The notes under the pieces are model-generated. The model saw nothing but the letters and a program-made list of their open reading frames with translations. It had not been told where the DNA came from and did not search any database. 64,000 nucleotides of DNA, from positions 34,848 through 98,847 of the forward strand of contig DAOSUR010000012.1 in NCBI GenBank assembly GCA_035378985.1, read 5' to 3'. A program made the position numbers and the translations under genes. Every line of letters begins with the position of its first letter. The first letter of the stretch is position 1. This DNA is from Anaerohalosphaeraceae bacterium. Lineage in GTDB: Bacteria; Planctomycetota; Phycisphaerae; Sedimentisphaerales; Anaerohalosphaeraceae. Shown in pieces: positions 53,484 to 63,032 of the stretch.

Positions 53484-54968
53484 ATGAAGCAGCAGAAAAC
53501 CAACCTGTTTCTGTTCGGAATATACACGGGCTTTCTTCCGCTTCTGACGGCTCTGGCCGCCGCCCATACGATGTCCCCCAATGAGTACCTTATCTGGGGG
53601 ATTCCCAGTGAAGCGATCTCTATTCCGGCCGGGGCTGTTATTACGGAAGCTGTGCTGACTATCCACGATATTGTCCCAGCCAAAGCACGCATCTACGTTC
53701 ACATGCTCGATAACCCCACCGAAGGAGTTCAAAGAGACACCGGCAGCGGCTCAGGGGACATTTTTGCCGGCTACGGCGTTTCTGTAACCGGGGCCTTTTC
53801 TAATAAAGGAAAATGGGTCTGCCGACTCAGCCAGTACAACAACAAAAAATCCTCCATCTGGACGGTTTATCCGAATCCCTACAAAGTAAAACTGGCGGAC
53901 GGCTCCACGGTTTCGCTTTCTTCTTCGCTGCTGGAACTGATGGACTATATCGGCAACGGCAGCGGATTCGGGTTCGGGCTGAACTTCAAAGACATCTGCA
54001 CCTTCACTCAAATCACGTTGGATGTGACCGCCAAAACTTACCTCGGAGACTACCAGGTCCAGACGTTCTCCTTCCGGATTTCCGACCTGTATTCCTACAA
54101 TGAGACCACCGGCAAATGGGAGTATTCAGCGGAAGCGGAACCCGCTGACTGGGAACAGAATGATGAGCCCTCCCTGCCCGTGACCATCAAGAGCGTCCAG
54201 GTGGCCGCCGGAAATGGGGTCGGTCAGGACAGTTTGACTGTCAGCGGTTCTTTCGCCGCGGCCCCCAATCTCCTCCAGGTCTCCTCCATTGAAACCTCCG
54301 TCATTTCTCTTACGGATGGGGCCGAAATCTACACAGAGGAATGCGGCTACAAATGGGACAAAACGAAAAACCAGTTTGTATGGACTCGAAGAATTGCCAA
54401 AAACCAACCCGGCGGCATCACCTCCTTGAAATTTGATTTTGCGACGCGTACCTTTGCTGCGACCCTTTCAAAAGTGAATTTGACCGGCCTGTCCTGCCCG
54501 ATTCGCTTTGAATGGGATTTTGGAGACACCGTATACTGCGGAGAAGCCGACGAATCGATTGTCAACGGCAAACAGCGGATCCCGATTCGGCTGATGCGAA
54601 ACTATCGCGATGAGGTCCGCATCAGCAAGGCCGCCGCCAAACACGGAAAAACGGCCGGTACGGACCAGTTAAGCATTACCGGCGAAATCGCCGTTGCGGA
54701 TGTGGCCGGAACCGACCTGACAGCTCTGCCGGTCCGCATCATCTGGGGTGCTCAAACCTTCACCATTCCTGAAGGCAGCTTCACAAAAGCAGCCAAGGGC
54801 AATGTGTATTCGTGCCTCAATGTTCCCGCGGCGGAAGGCGGCCTGGTGAACTGCAAAATCGATTTGGACAAGTGCATCTTCACCGTGATTCTGAAAAATG
54901 CCGCTTTGGACCTGGTGCCGGGCACAGCCGCCGATGCCAACCTCCAAATCGGCACCTCTGCGGATTAA
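53484..54968 (+). CDS. hypothetical secreted/membrane-anchored protein with an internally repeated C-terminal half
   Basis: 494 aa with an N-terminal hydrophobic segment (LFLFGIYTGFLPLLTALAAA). Repeated modules end ...KFDFATRTFAATLSKVNLTGL and ...CKIDLDKCIFTVILKNAALDL. No motif recognised and no obvious SD. Confidence 0.6.
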   Translation: MKQQKTNLFLFGIYTGFLPLLTALAAAHTMSPNEYLIWGIPSEAISIPAGAVITEAVLTIHDIVPAKARIYVHMLDNPTEGVQRDTGSGSGDIFAGYGVSVTGAFSNKGKWVCRLSQYNNKKSSIWTVYPNPYKVKLADGSTVSLSSSLLELMDYIGNGSGFGFGLNFKDICTFTQITLDVTAKTYLGDYQVQTFSFRISDLYSYNETTGKWEYSAEAEPADWEQNDEPSLPVTIKSVQVAAGNGVGQDSLTVSGSFAAAPNLLQVSSIETSVISLTDGAEIYTEECGYKWDKTKNQFVWTRRIAKNQPGGITSLKFDFATRTFAATLSKVNLTGLSCPIRFEWDFGDTVYCGEADESIVNGKQRIPIRLMRNYRDEVRISKAAAKHGKTAGTDQLSITGEIAVADVAGTDLTALPVRIIWGAQTFTIPEGSFTKAAKGNVYSCLNVPAAEGGLVNCKIDLDKCIFTVILKNAALDLVPGTAADANLQIGTSAD

Positions 54969-55099
54969 AAACAATGTTGCTTCTTCCGCCGGCCTTTTTG
55001 AACCGCCCTGCGCACAAGCCGGCCTGATTCTTTCCTCTTGTCTGAAAAGGCAAACAATGCTATATTGCAGCCGCAGATTTTTAGGAAAGAAAGAGGCCG

Positions 55100-56572
55100 A
55101 TGTCAATCAGTTCTCTCGTTCGGCGAATAACCCGCCACAAATGGTTTTGTCCGGCCTTCCTGCTGGGGCTGGCCGCCCTGCTCGGTGCCTATCATATCTC
55201 CCGGACTGTTGTAATCAGCGAAGATGGTGTTCTTTATATTAAGATGGCCCAAACTCTTCCCGACGGCTATGCGGAGATATGCCGAAAATTCCCGCCGGGT
55301 TTTCCCGTGCTGCTTTATCTGGTCCACAGACTTGCCTTTTTCTTTGCCGATTCCCATACCAATTTATCCTGGATTCACTCGTCCCAAACGGCCGTCCTTT
55401 TGACACAATTAGGGGCCCTGTTTTTCCTCTGGAAAATCGGATGCCGCCTCTTCCGTCCCGTCTGGGCCTTCGGAGGACTTCTGATTTTGCTCGTCCTGCC
55501 GATTTCCAAACACGGCTGCGATGTCCTCCGAGACTGGCCGCATCTGCTTCTTCTGTCGGCAGCCTTTTATGCCCTTCTGAGAAATCTGGAGAAACAAACT
55601 CTTTTTGGATGGATGGTCTCGGCGTTTCTCGGGGGGGTTGGGTACCTATTCCGTCCGGAATGTGCTCAGATTCTCCTCTATCTGGCTGTTATTCTGGGCA
55701 TATTGTTTTGGAAGCAAAGAACAGCGGCAAACGCCGGACGGCTGCTGACCGCCGCTGTTCTGATCGCCGCGGCCTGGCTGCTGCCGGTCCTGCCCTATTG
55801 GCTTTATGCTGATTCCGTGCTGCCTTCTAAACTTCTTCTTTCCTATTTAGACCATCCGATTTGCATCGGATCTATTCTGGGAGCCGCAGAAGGGAACCAT
55901 CTTTTTATCACAGCTCCTTTTGAGTTTTTTAAGACATTAGCGGAAAACCTGCTTTACTATTTTCTGCCTTTTTGGCTGCTTGGCTTTCGGTCCTACTTTC
56001 TTAAAAAAAAGGAAGCTGGGAATCTTTCCTTTCTGCTGGCAGCATCTTTTTTCATTTTAAATGTCTTCCTTCTGCTGATGCTCGGATTTACCTACGGCTA
56101 TATTGCAAAACGTCACTTTCTTCCACTTTTAGGCATCTCAAGTCTTCTGACTGTTCAGGGAATGCGAACCTTGGCCCTTTTTGCCTACTCAAAACTGAAT
56201 GGGCTCCGAAGCGTCAAGCTTTCTTTGTTCCTGAGTCTTTTCTTTCCGGCGGGGATTCTGCTTTCTCTTCCCAAACTGCTTCATCCCCTTCACTATGACA
56301 AAACCGCTTATCGCCAAGCTGCTGAGTGGCTTATCCAACACACTCCTGCTGATGCTCTTATTGTCTCAAAAGACAAACGCATTCCCTTTTACGCGGAACG
56401 ACAGATATCTCCCTCTAAAAAGACCGCGGATTACATAGTTCGCATTTCACCCTTATCCGATCCGCCGATGCCGCAGTCCCGGTATATACTTCTGGAAAAA
56501 TGGAAGTCACAAAAACAACTTCTTGAAATTCTTGCCATTCAAAAAAGAAACCCCGATTCCGATGTTCCTTAA
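55100..56572 (+). CDS. GT-C fold glycosyltransferase (family 39 / ArnT-PMT-like)
   Basis: 490 aa with about 11 TM helices. An acidic first-loop motif (VVISEDGVLY) and overall topology are typical of GT39/GT83 enzymes. Confidence 0.7.
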   Translation: MSISSLVRRITRHKWFCPAFLLGLAALLGAYHISRTVVISEDGVLYIKMAQTLPDGYAEICRKFPPGFPVLLYLVHRLAFFFADSHTNLSWIHSSQTAVLLTQLGALFFLWKIGCRLFRPVWAFGGLLILLVLPISKHGCDVLRDWPHLLLLSAAFYALLRNLEKQTLFGWMVSAFLGGVGYLFRPECAQILLYLAVILGILFWKQRTAANAGRLLTAAVLIAAAWLLPVLPYWLYADSVLPSKLLLSYLDHPICIGSILGAAEGNHLFITAPFEFFKTLAENLLYYFLPFWLLGFRSYFLKKKEAGNLSFLLAASFFILNVFLLLMLGFTYGYIAKRHFLPLLGISSLLTVQGMRTLALFAYSKLNGLRSVKLSLFLSLFFPAGILLSLPKLLHPLHYDKTAYRQAAEWLIQHTPADALIVSKDKRIPFYAERQISPSKKTADYIVRISPLSDPPMPQSRYILLEKWKSQKQLLEILAIQKRNPDSDVP

Positions 56573-57870
56573 ACACCCCGTCCCCTGAGAATCACAGGAA
56601 CCGTTTTAAGCATGAGATACAAATTCAGTAAAAATGACCGCCGCTGAATATACAGATAATCGTAACGGATTTTATGATGCGGTTTGAGGTCATAATCCCT
56701 TCGTATCTGGGCCAGTCCCGTCAGCCCCGGCCGGACAGCCAGACGAATCCCTCGAAGAACCGGATATTCCTCCAAGAAATGAGGGCGTTCCGGACGCGGT
56801 CCCACAAGACTCATTTGTCCCTGAAGCACATTCCACAACTGAGGCAGCTCATCCAGACGGCCTTGTCTCAAAAACCGGCCCAATGGCGTAACTCGTGCAT
56901 CATTTCGTGTAGCCCAAACGGGGCCCGTCTCGGCTTCTGCATTGTTCACCATGGTTCGAAACTTATACAGAACAAAAGGAACGCCGTTTTTCCCCGCTCG
57001 GATCTGTTTGTAAAAAACCGGTCCCGGCGAAGTAGCCTTCACCAGCAATCCGATGAGAACCATCAGAGGAAAGAGCAGAAGCAGCAATGCCGAACTCCCG
57101 ACAATATCCAGCAGCCGCATCAGGAATTCTTCCGTCTCTGACCGCCGTCCCAGAAAGGCAGAGAGCAGCTCAATATCCTGGGCCGGCAAGCCGCTGACAG
57201 ACATCATCTCTGTGTACAGCTCAGGACTGAAAACCACATTGACGCGTGATTTCAGCAGAAGACAAACCAAAAGATTGAACTGCTTTTCATCTGAAATCCG
57301 CCTGCACAGAATAACCTCATCAACTTCGGGCTGGTGAATCAGCGCATCTACAGACTCGCAGTGAATCTTTCGGATTCGGCTGGTAGAGGGCAACAACACC
57401 TCGGATTTTTCATCGCCGATAATCAGCACGCTTTTTCGAATGCATCCGGCAGCCCGCAGGATTCCGCTGTTCAACACAAAAAGGATCACGCCCGCCAAAG
57501 GCACAAACAAAACAAATACACTCGTCGGAAAACTGGCCCATCGGCTTCGAAATACGTACAAAAAAGCTACAGACAGCAGCGTTCCAAGCAGAATCCCTTT
57601 AAACAAATAACGGAGAACCTCCATATAGGAACGGAAACGCGGCTGGAAAACACCTTCCACTGCCAGGGACAGCAGATACAAAAAGGTCAGCGGTGCATAG
57701 GCTGCACGATAAGAAGAAAAGTTAAACTCGGGAATCGAATTGCCGTATCGCAGCCAAAAAGCCAGCAGAATACACACGTGAATTCCCAAAATATTTACGA
57801 CTGCCAGACCAATCTGAACAGGCCAATTTCGGCGCATAAGTACAGCAGCTTTCTGTCTAAAACCCCTCAC
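56569..57870 (-). CDS. exopolysaccharide polyprenyl glycosylphosphotransferase (WbaP-type initiating sugar transferase)
   Basis: N-terminal TM bundle plus the C-terminal bacterial sugar transferase domain PGPVFYKQIRAGKNGVPFVLYKFRTM...LDELPQLWNVLQGQMSLVGPRP. Confidence 0.88.
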   Translation of the reverse strand: MRGFRQKAAVLMRRNWPVQIGLAVVNILGIHVCILLAFWLRYGNSIPEFNFSSYRAAYAPLTFLYLLSLAVEGVFQPRFRSYMEVLRYLFKGILLGTLLSVAFLYVFRSRWASFPTSVFVLFVPLAGVILFVLNSGILRAAGCIRKSVLIIGDEKSEVLLPSTSRIRKIHCESVDALIHQPEVDEVILCRRISDEKQFNLLVCLLLKSRVNVVFSPELYTEMMSVSGLPAQDIELLSAFLGRRSETEEFLMRLLDIVGSSALLLLLFPLMVLIGLLVKATSPGPVFYKQIRAGKNGVPFVLYKFRTMVNNAEAETGPVWATRNDARVTPLGRFLRQGRLDELPQLWNVLQGQMSLVGPRPERPHFLEEYPVLRGIRLAVRPGLTGLAQIRRDYDLKPHHKIRYDYLYIQRRSFLLNLYLMLKTVPVILRGRGV

Positions 57871-57914
57871 GTTTTTCTTTTTTAAAACCGGATTTTACCT
57901 CCTTTCTGCTCCTT

Positions 57915-58688
57915 TTACAATCCCGAATGCGCCCCTCCGGAAGGCCGTTGAAAAAATTGGTTCAATTTCAGTGCCGCCTTCCTTAGAAAAAACAGAGGAG
58001 CCGGTTGGAGCGAATGAATCCGAAAGGATTGCAGAATTTCCCGATTGCCGCGCCAAATCCCCTTCAGCCGACCCGCTCTTCCCCTCGCTCGCATCTTGAC
58101 CAGCACCTGCGGCAGATAAACACACCGAATCCGATGGATTTCAACGAACCGCAGAAGCAGTTCAAAATCCCCCGCTATCTGAAAATCCTCCCGATATCCC
58201 CCCAATTTCTCATAGACTTCCCTGCGGCAGAAAAAAGTCGGATGCGGGATCACCCAACCTTTTCGGAAGGCCCCCGGCTGCCATAAACCGGCCTTCCAAT
58301 ATCGACAGATACGGGAAGGGTGGGCATTATTCACATACACCAAATCCCCATACACGGCATCGGTCTTTTCCTTCTGAAAAAAGTCCGCAACTTTTAATAA
58401 AACATTTGGATCAATATAAACATCATCACTGTTCAGAAAGGCAATCACATCCCCATCGGCTCTCGCAAGACCTTTATTCATCGCCGAATAAATTCCCGTA
58501 TCCGGCTCTGAAAACCACCGGACTCTACCTTGGCTTCGGCTCTGGACCACTTTCGCTGTTTGATCCACAGAACCGCCGTCAATAATCAAATGTTCCCGAT
58601 CCGGCCAGACCTGACCGGCCACACTGTCCAGGGTATCCGCAATTGTTTTTTCACTGTTCAGACAGACTGTAACAATCGAAAACTTCAT
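57915..58688 (-). CDS. glycosyltransferase family 2
   Basis: 257 aa. GT-A N-terminus KFSIVTVCLNSEKTI, then IIDGGSVDQT and the DxD-type motif LNSDDVY. Confidence 0.85.
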   Translation of the reverse strand: MKFSIVTVCLNSEKTIADTLDSVAGQVWPDREHLIIDGGSVDQTAKVVQSRSQGRVRWFSEPDTGIYSAMNKGLARADGDVIAFLNSDDVYIDPNVLLKVADFFQKEKTDAVYGDLVYVNNAHPSRICRYWKAGLWQPGAFRKGWVIPHPTFFCRREVYEKLGGYREDFQIAGDFELLLRFVEIHRIRCVYLPQVLVKMRARGRAGRLKGIWRGNREILQSFRIHSLQPAPLFFLRKAALKLNQFFQRPSGGAHSGL

Positions 58689-59859
58689 TCAGCGTCTCGC
58701 ACATTGTGCACCAGTTCCCGAACATCCTCTAAAATCTGCTCAGCATTCTCTTTCCAGGTTCGTCTCGACAAAATGCCAAAACGTTCGGACATCGCCTTTT
58801 TGAGCTGTTCGGCGAGAATCGGTTCCTTCCGCAGCCGTTCAATCCCTTGATAGATAGAATCAACAGACAGTGGATCGCAATACAAAGCGCTGTCGCCGCA
58901 GATCTCCCGGGCAAAATCCATCCCGCTGGTAATAATCGGAAGACCATGATACATCGCCTCCAGATAAGTGGCTGAAAAAGATTCCAGAAGGGTTGGAAAC
59001 AGAAGCGCCTGGCACTGCGCAAAATAGCCGCCGACCTCCGATTGACGAATCGGTCCCAGATTGACAATGTGGCTGCCAAGTCTCTCCCGTTCGATTCGCC
59101 GCAGCAACTGGGCCGCTCCTGGGTCCTGTTCCGGTGCAATAGTCAAAAACAGCACGGTATCCCTAAGCTGATTCCGATAGGTCTTATAGAGCGGAAGAAA
59201 AATCTCCAGATTTTTGTGTCCATAATATCTGCACAGACAAATCATCCGAAAACGCCCCTTCGTCCAAGGGGGGATTTGCAGCTGGCTTTCCGCGGTCTGA
59301 CGAACAGACTCCCTCCCAAGAACATTCGGCAGCAAACGAATCTGGCCGGCAGGATGATATATACTTTGGAGCCGCTGAATCATCGTTTGGGTCTGGCAAT
59401 AAATCACCGCCGCATTCCGAACGGTCCAGGCAAACTGCCTTTTCTGGAATGCATATCGAAACCGTTCCTTCCAGCTCATCGGCCCCCATTGGCTTTTGGG
59501 GTAAACAAAGTGAGCATCCGCCAGACGAACCAGCTGAATCCCACCCAAAGACGGATACCCAAGATGTCCCAGTGCAAAAACGGCATCCGGGCGAAATTCC
59601 CTCCCCAGCTGCCGGAGAACAAATCGATCAAAAAAATATCGTTTCAGATAATTGCCGTCTTGGGCAAACCAGTAAACACGGACGGAAGAATCCTTTGCAA
59701 TCGATTCATAGCCGCAGTGTTTCGGCAAAACCGCCAGGATTTCCCAATCTTCCCCGTACCGCACCAATTCAGCCAGAAGATTTTGTCCGACCGACAGCCC
59801 CCCGCCTGGCGGTTGGCGTGTCCGACAATCATCAATCGGATTTTCGTTCTTGCTTTCAT
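58685..59859 (-). pseudogene. glycosyltransferase family 4 interrupted by a frameshift in a G6 tract (possible phase-variable gene, pseudogene, or assembly indel)
   Basis: The N-terminal 21 codons (MKARTKIRLMIVGHANRQAGG) start at ATG 59859, which overlaps the upstream GT4 stop (ATGA). After the plus-strand C6 run at 59798-59803 the GT4 sequence continues in the +1 frame (LSVGQNLLAELVRYGEDW...) to 58685. The body carries the EX7E-like motif LLESFSATYLEAMYHGLPIITS. Confidence 0.7.
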
Positions 59860-60974
59860 TGCTTCAGCAGGCGGCGATAAGCCTCTTCATACGAGCGCGT
59901 CATCTTTTCCAAAGAAAACAAAGATGCCTGTTTTTGTCCCTCATTTGCCAATCTCTTGCGCAGAGTTTCATCAGAATACAAAGTCCTTACAGCTTCTTTC
60001 AGAGAAGTCAGAGAATCCGGGGCAAACAGCCAAGCATGCTTTTTGTGCTCGAGATAATAGCGAATAACCGGGATGGCGGAAGCTGCCGCACAGCAGCCGG
60101 CCAGCATGGCCTCAAACAGTACATTCGGCATCCCTTCTGATACGCTCGGCAGAACAAACAAGTCAGCCTGTTCCAGACCGCCGTGCCAGTCGGGACGATA
60201 CCCGGTAAAATGGACATCTTCTTCGAGTCGGGCCTTCTTCAACCGGTCCTTCCACTTCTGCTGCAATCCCATTTGGTCGGTTCCGCAGACAACCAGGGAA
60301 AGATTCAGTCCTTCCCCTCGTAATACGCAAAAGGCCTCCAGAAGCAATTCCGCACGCTTCTGGGGCACAATTCGACCCGTGTACCACAGCAGAAAAGTAT
60401 TGTTCTTTTTAAAATTCGGAAAGGGGACGGAACTCTGCGTGCGACATAACCGAATCCCGTTGGGAATCGTGAATCCCTTTTTTCGCCGATAAAGAAATCG
60501 GAAAAACAGAGGCTCACTCAGTACAGGAAAGTTGGTAATGATCTGATGGGAAAGCCCATGCTGAATCAGGGCCAATCGATCGCGAAATTTGCCTTTCAGG
60601 CCCGGCATTCCGCGCAGGGAGCGCCGCTGGCCGCTTACAATCGGAATGTTCAGCCGCCGTCCGGCCAGAGCCGCCGGAATCGTAATCACTTCCGGCAGCC
60701 ATACATGAAGCAAGTCCGGACGATAGTCCATTACGGCCTCATACACCCGTTTGCCAAAGGAAAAAAGTTCCCATTTCCGCCCGCGGTCCACTCTGAGACA
60801 GTCAACCGGTCTGTTAAAGAAAGGTACATCCGTATCCCCGGCCAGAAATAAAATTCCATGCGCAAACTGCTCGGTATCGGAACAGTCGATCAGATATTTC
60901 AGCTGACGCTGGGCTCCGCCCCCCTCGAGACGGTCAATCACATGAAGTATCCTGAATCGCCGTGCGATGCTCAT
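59856..60974 (-). CDS. glycosyltransferase family 4
   Basis: 372 aa. N-terminus RILHVIDRLEGGGAQRQL and C-terminal motif LPSVSEGMPNVLFEAMLAGC. Confidence 0.85.
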   Translation of the reverse strand: MSIARRFRILHVIDRLEGGGAQRQLKYLIDCSDTEQFAHGILFLAGDTDVPFFNRPVDCLRVDRGRKWELFSFGKRVYEAVMDYRPDLLHVWLPEVITIPAALAGRRLNIPIVSGQRRSLRGMPGLKGKFRDRLALIQHGLSHQIITNFPVLSEPLFFRFLYRRKKGFTIPNGIRLCRTQSSVPFPNFKKNNTFLLWYTGRIVPQKRAELLLEAFCVLRGEGLNLSLVVCGTDQMGLQQKWKDRLKKARLEEDVHFTGYRPDWHGGLEQADLFVLPSVSEGMPNVLFEAMLAGCCAAASAIPVIRYYLEHKKHAWLFAPDSLTSLKEAVRTLYSDETLRKRLANEGQKQASLFSLEKMTRSYEEAYRRLLKQ

Positions 60975-62314
60975 TGCGGCCTCTCCCTGCCGAGACTGTT
61001 CATTAACCCAATCAAAAAGCCGGTCACGCCGGCATAGGTTCGTGAATCCAGCAGTGTGTTACTGAAAAACCCGAACCAGAGAATCACAAGAAAAATTTGT
61101 AAAACAAACGGCACGCCATGCCGCCCTTCAAGCACAGCCCGCTGCGGATGCAGATAGAGGGATGCATTTAACAGCAAGTAAAACAGCACCAGCAGCCATC
61201 CTCCTTCAAAGGCAATCAGCAGATACTGGTCATGGGTGCTGTATAGGAGCTCCTCCGTTTCCTGCAAACGTTCCTGGGCACCAAGCCCATATCCGAAAAG
61301 GGGGCGATCCTTCGACAGTTGGAAAAAAACAATTTTTTTCAAGATTCGCGGTTCAACGGTGCTTTCCCCGCGCCGACTGACCTGAGTAAAATTCCCCCGA
61401 ACCAGTGAGTCCACCCTCTCTACAAGTCCATAGGTTCCTTTATACGAAGGAATCGTATCTGAAACGATGCGAATGAGAAGCGGAAAAATGCTGAACAGCA
61501 AACCGGCAAAAAATCCCACAGCCACTACAGGGCCGGGCTGCATCCACAGTCGTCCCTCTTGAACACGAAAATAAGTCACACAGATATGAACGAAAAAACT
61601 TAAAATCACCGCGGCATAACCTGAACGTGAACCCGTTGCCACAACCAAAAAAACCAGCATCAGATAAGCCGCCAAACGCCGTCTCTCCTGCTGTCTTGGA
61701 ATAAATGCCGCCCAAATCAAAAACAGAAGCAACATATCCCTTGCCTGCTCGTTCGGCTGCATGGCCCAGCCGAAGGCGCGGCCCTGAAACGTGTTCTCCC
61801 TTTGCATCCACCGGAAAATACCTTCGAACCATTCCGGAAAAAACAGACTCCAAACCACACCCGCCGCCTCCGCAACAAGGACTGCAGTCCCCCAGCGCAG
61901 AAATCTTTGTGGGCTGCTCCGTTGAATCCATAAGGCGGAAGAAACCATCAGGAGAAAAATATGCCCATAAAGAACCGCCTGACGCAGATCGTATATATTC
62001 CCAACCAGCAAATGGAGAAGAGGCCAGATCAGCAGAAAAAGAAACCATCCACCTATCAGCGGCTCCCGACATAAAGCTCCTGCCTGCCGGCGATTCACCC
62101 AGCAATAGACCAGTAAAAACAAAAAAGAACATCCTGTCATTTGTGCCGAAGTACACCCAACAAGGGCCCCCAATACAAAGCGAAGAGACGATAGTTCCAA
62201 AAGCAAAACCGCTCCCGCCAACTTATCCAAGGGGGCAAATGAATCCCCTTCAGCGGTCCGCCAAGAGGCCGTCTTCCGGCTCAGCCAGCAGTTTTCTTTT
62301 GAATCGTTCAGCAT
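60971..62314 (-). CDS. O-antigen ligase/polymerase (Wzy-like) membrane protein
   Basis: About 10-12 TM helices with a large loop, as in the O-antigen ligase family. The start is uncertain: the ATG at 62314 overlaps the sulfotransferase gene by 65 nt, and there is an internal ATG at 62140. Confidence 0.65.
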   Translation of the reverse strand: MLNDSKENCWLSRKTASWRTAEGDSFAPLDKLAGAVLLLELSSLRFVLGALVGCTSAQMTGCSFLFLLVYCWVNRRQAGALCREPLIGGWFLFLLIWPLLHLLVGNIYDLRQAVLYGHIFLLMVSSALWIQRSSPQRFLRWGTAVLVAEAAGVVWSLFFPEWFEGIFRWMQRENTFQGRAFGWAMQPNEQARDMLLLFLIWAAFIPRQQERRRLAAYLMLVFLVVATGSRSGYAAVILSFFVHICVTYFRVQEGRLWMQPGPVVAVGFFAGLLFSIFPLLIRIVSDTIPSYKGTYGLVERVDSLVRGNFTQVSRRGESTVEPRILKKIVFFQLSKDRPLFGYGLGAQERLQETEELLYSTHDQYLLIAFEGGWLLVLFYLLLNASLYLHPQRAVLEGRHGVPFVLQIFLVILWFGFFSNTLLDSRTYAGVTGFLIGLMNSLGRERPQ

Positions 62315-63032
62315 AATTCGGTTTCCATCCCAATCCTCTCAGGAGATCTCGCGCCAGCCGTTTGCATATCCTCGGCGTCCGCCTAAGCAAAACCGACATT
62401 CGACTCTGTCCGACGATTTGCCTTTTCTCTTCCTGAAGACGAGTGTATCGCTTTCTGTCTAATTCCATTTCCTCCGAGAGAGGAAGGTCCCAATAGGCCT
62501 CAATTGCCCGAATGGTCTCACGCGGACGGCTTATCAGTTCCTCATAATGAATCAGCAGTTTATCCCCTTTGTGCTGCATCCATCCTTCATAAAACATCTG
62601 CATTTGTTTCAGCAGGCCTGTCTGACGGGCTTTCCGGAGCCATTCTTCTTCGCTCACACAAAAAACAAAGTCCAGACTCTTCATAGGGAAAACCCCTGTA
62701 TCTTCTCCCCGTTTATACGCCCCAATGACCCCCTCAGGCCGACGCAGCAGAATAACCTTCTTATGGGCTCTCAGCAAACATTGGTTGTTTTCCGTAGGCG
62801 GCAGATGCAGCTTGCAAAAATTATCCGTCTGCGTCAACAGCGACAGAACCTTGCTGTCCAGCTCCCGCATATCCGCATGCATTAAAAAAAAGACTGAATA
62901 ATCAGAAGCAATCGGCAAATCGACCAAATAGTGTCGGCGAATCATCCGGGTTCGGTCCTCCATTCCATGAAGCCGACACAAGGTTGTCAACAGCGAAGTA
63001 CTGGCGCTTTTCGGCATCGCAATAATCAGCAT
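62250..63032 (-). CDS. sulfotransferase family protein
   Basis: 260 aa. PAPS 5'-phosphosulfate loop MPKSASTSL, 3'-phosphate motif LLRRPEGVIGAYKR, and C-terminal block IHYEELISRPRETIRAIEAYWDLPL. Confidence 0.75.
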   Translation of the reverse strand: MLIIAMPKSASTSLLTTLCRLHGMEDRTRMIRRHYLVDLPIASDYSVFFLMHADMRELDSKVLSLLTQTDNFCKLHLPPTENNQCLLRAHKKVILLRRPEGVIGAYKRGEDTGVFPMKSLDFVFCVSEEEWLRKARQTGLLKQMQMFYEGWMQHKGDKLLIHYEELISRPRETIRAIEAYWDLPLSEEMELDRKRYTRLQEEKRQIVGQSRMSVLLRRTPRICKRLARDLLRGLGWKPNYAERFKRKLLAEPEDGLLADR

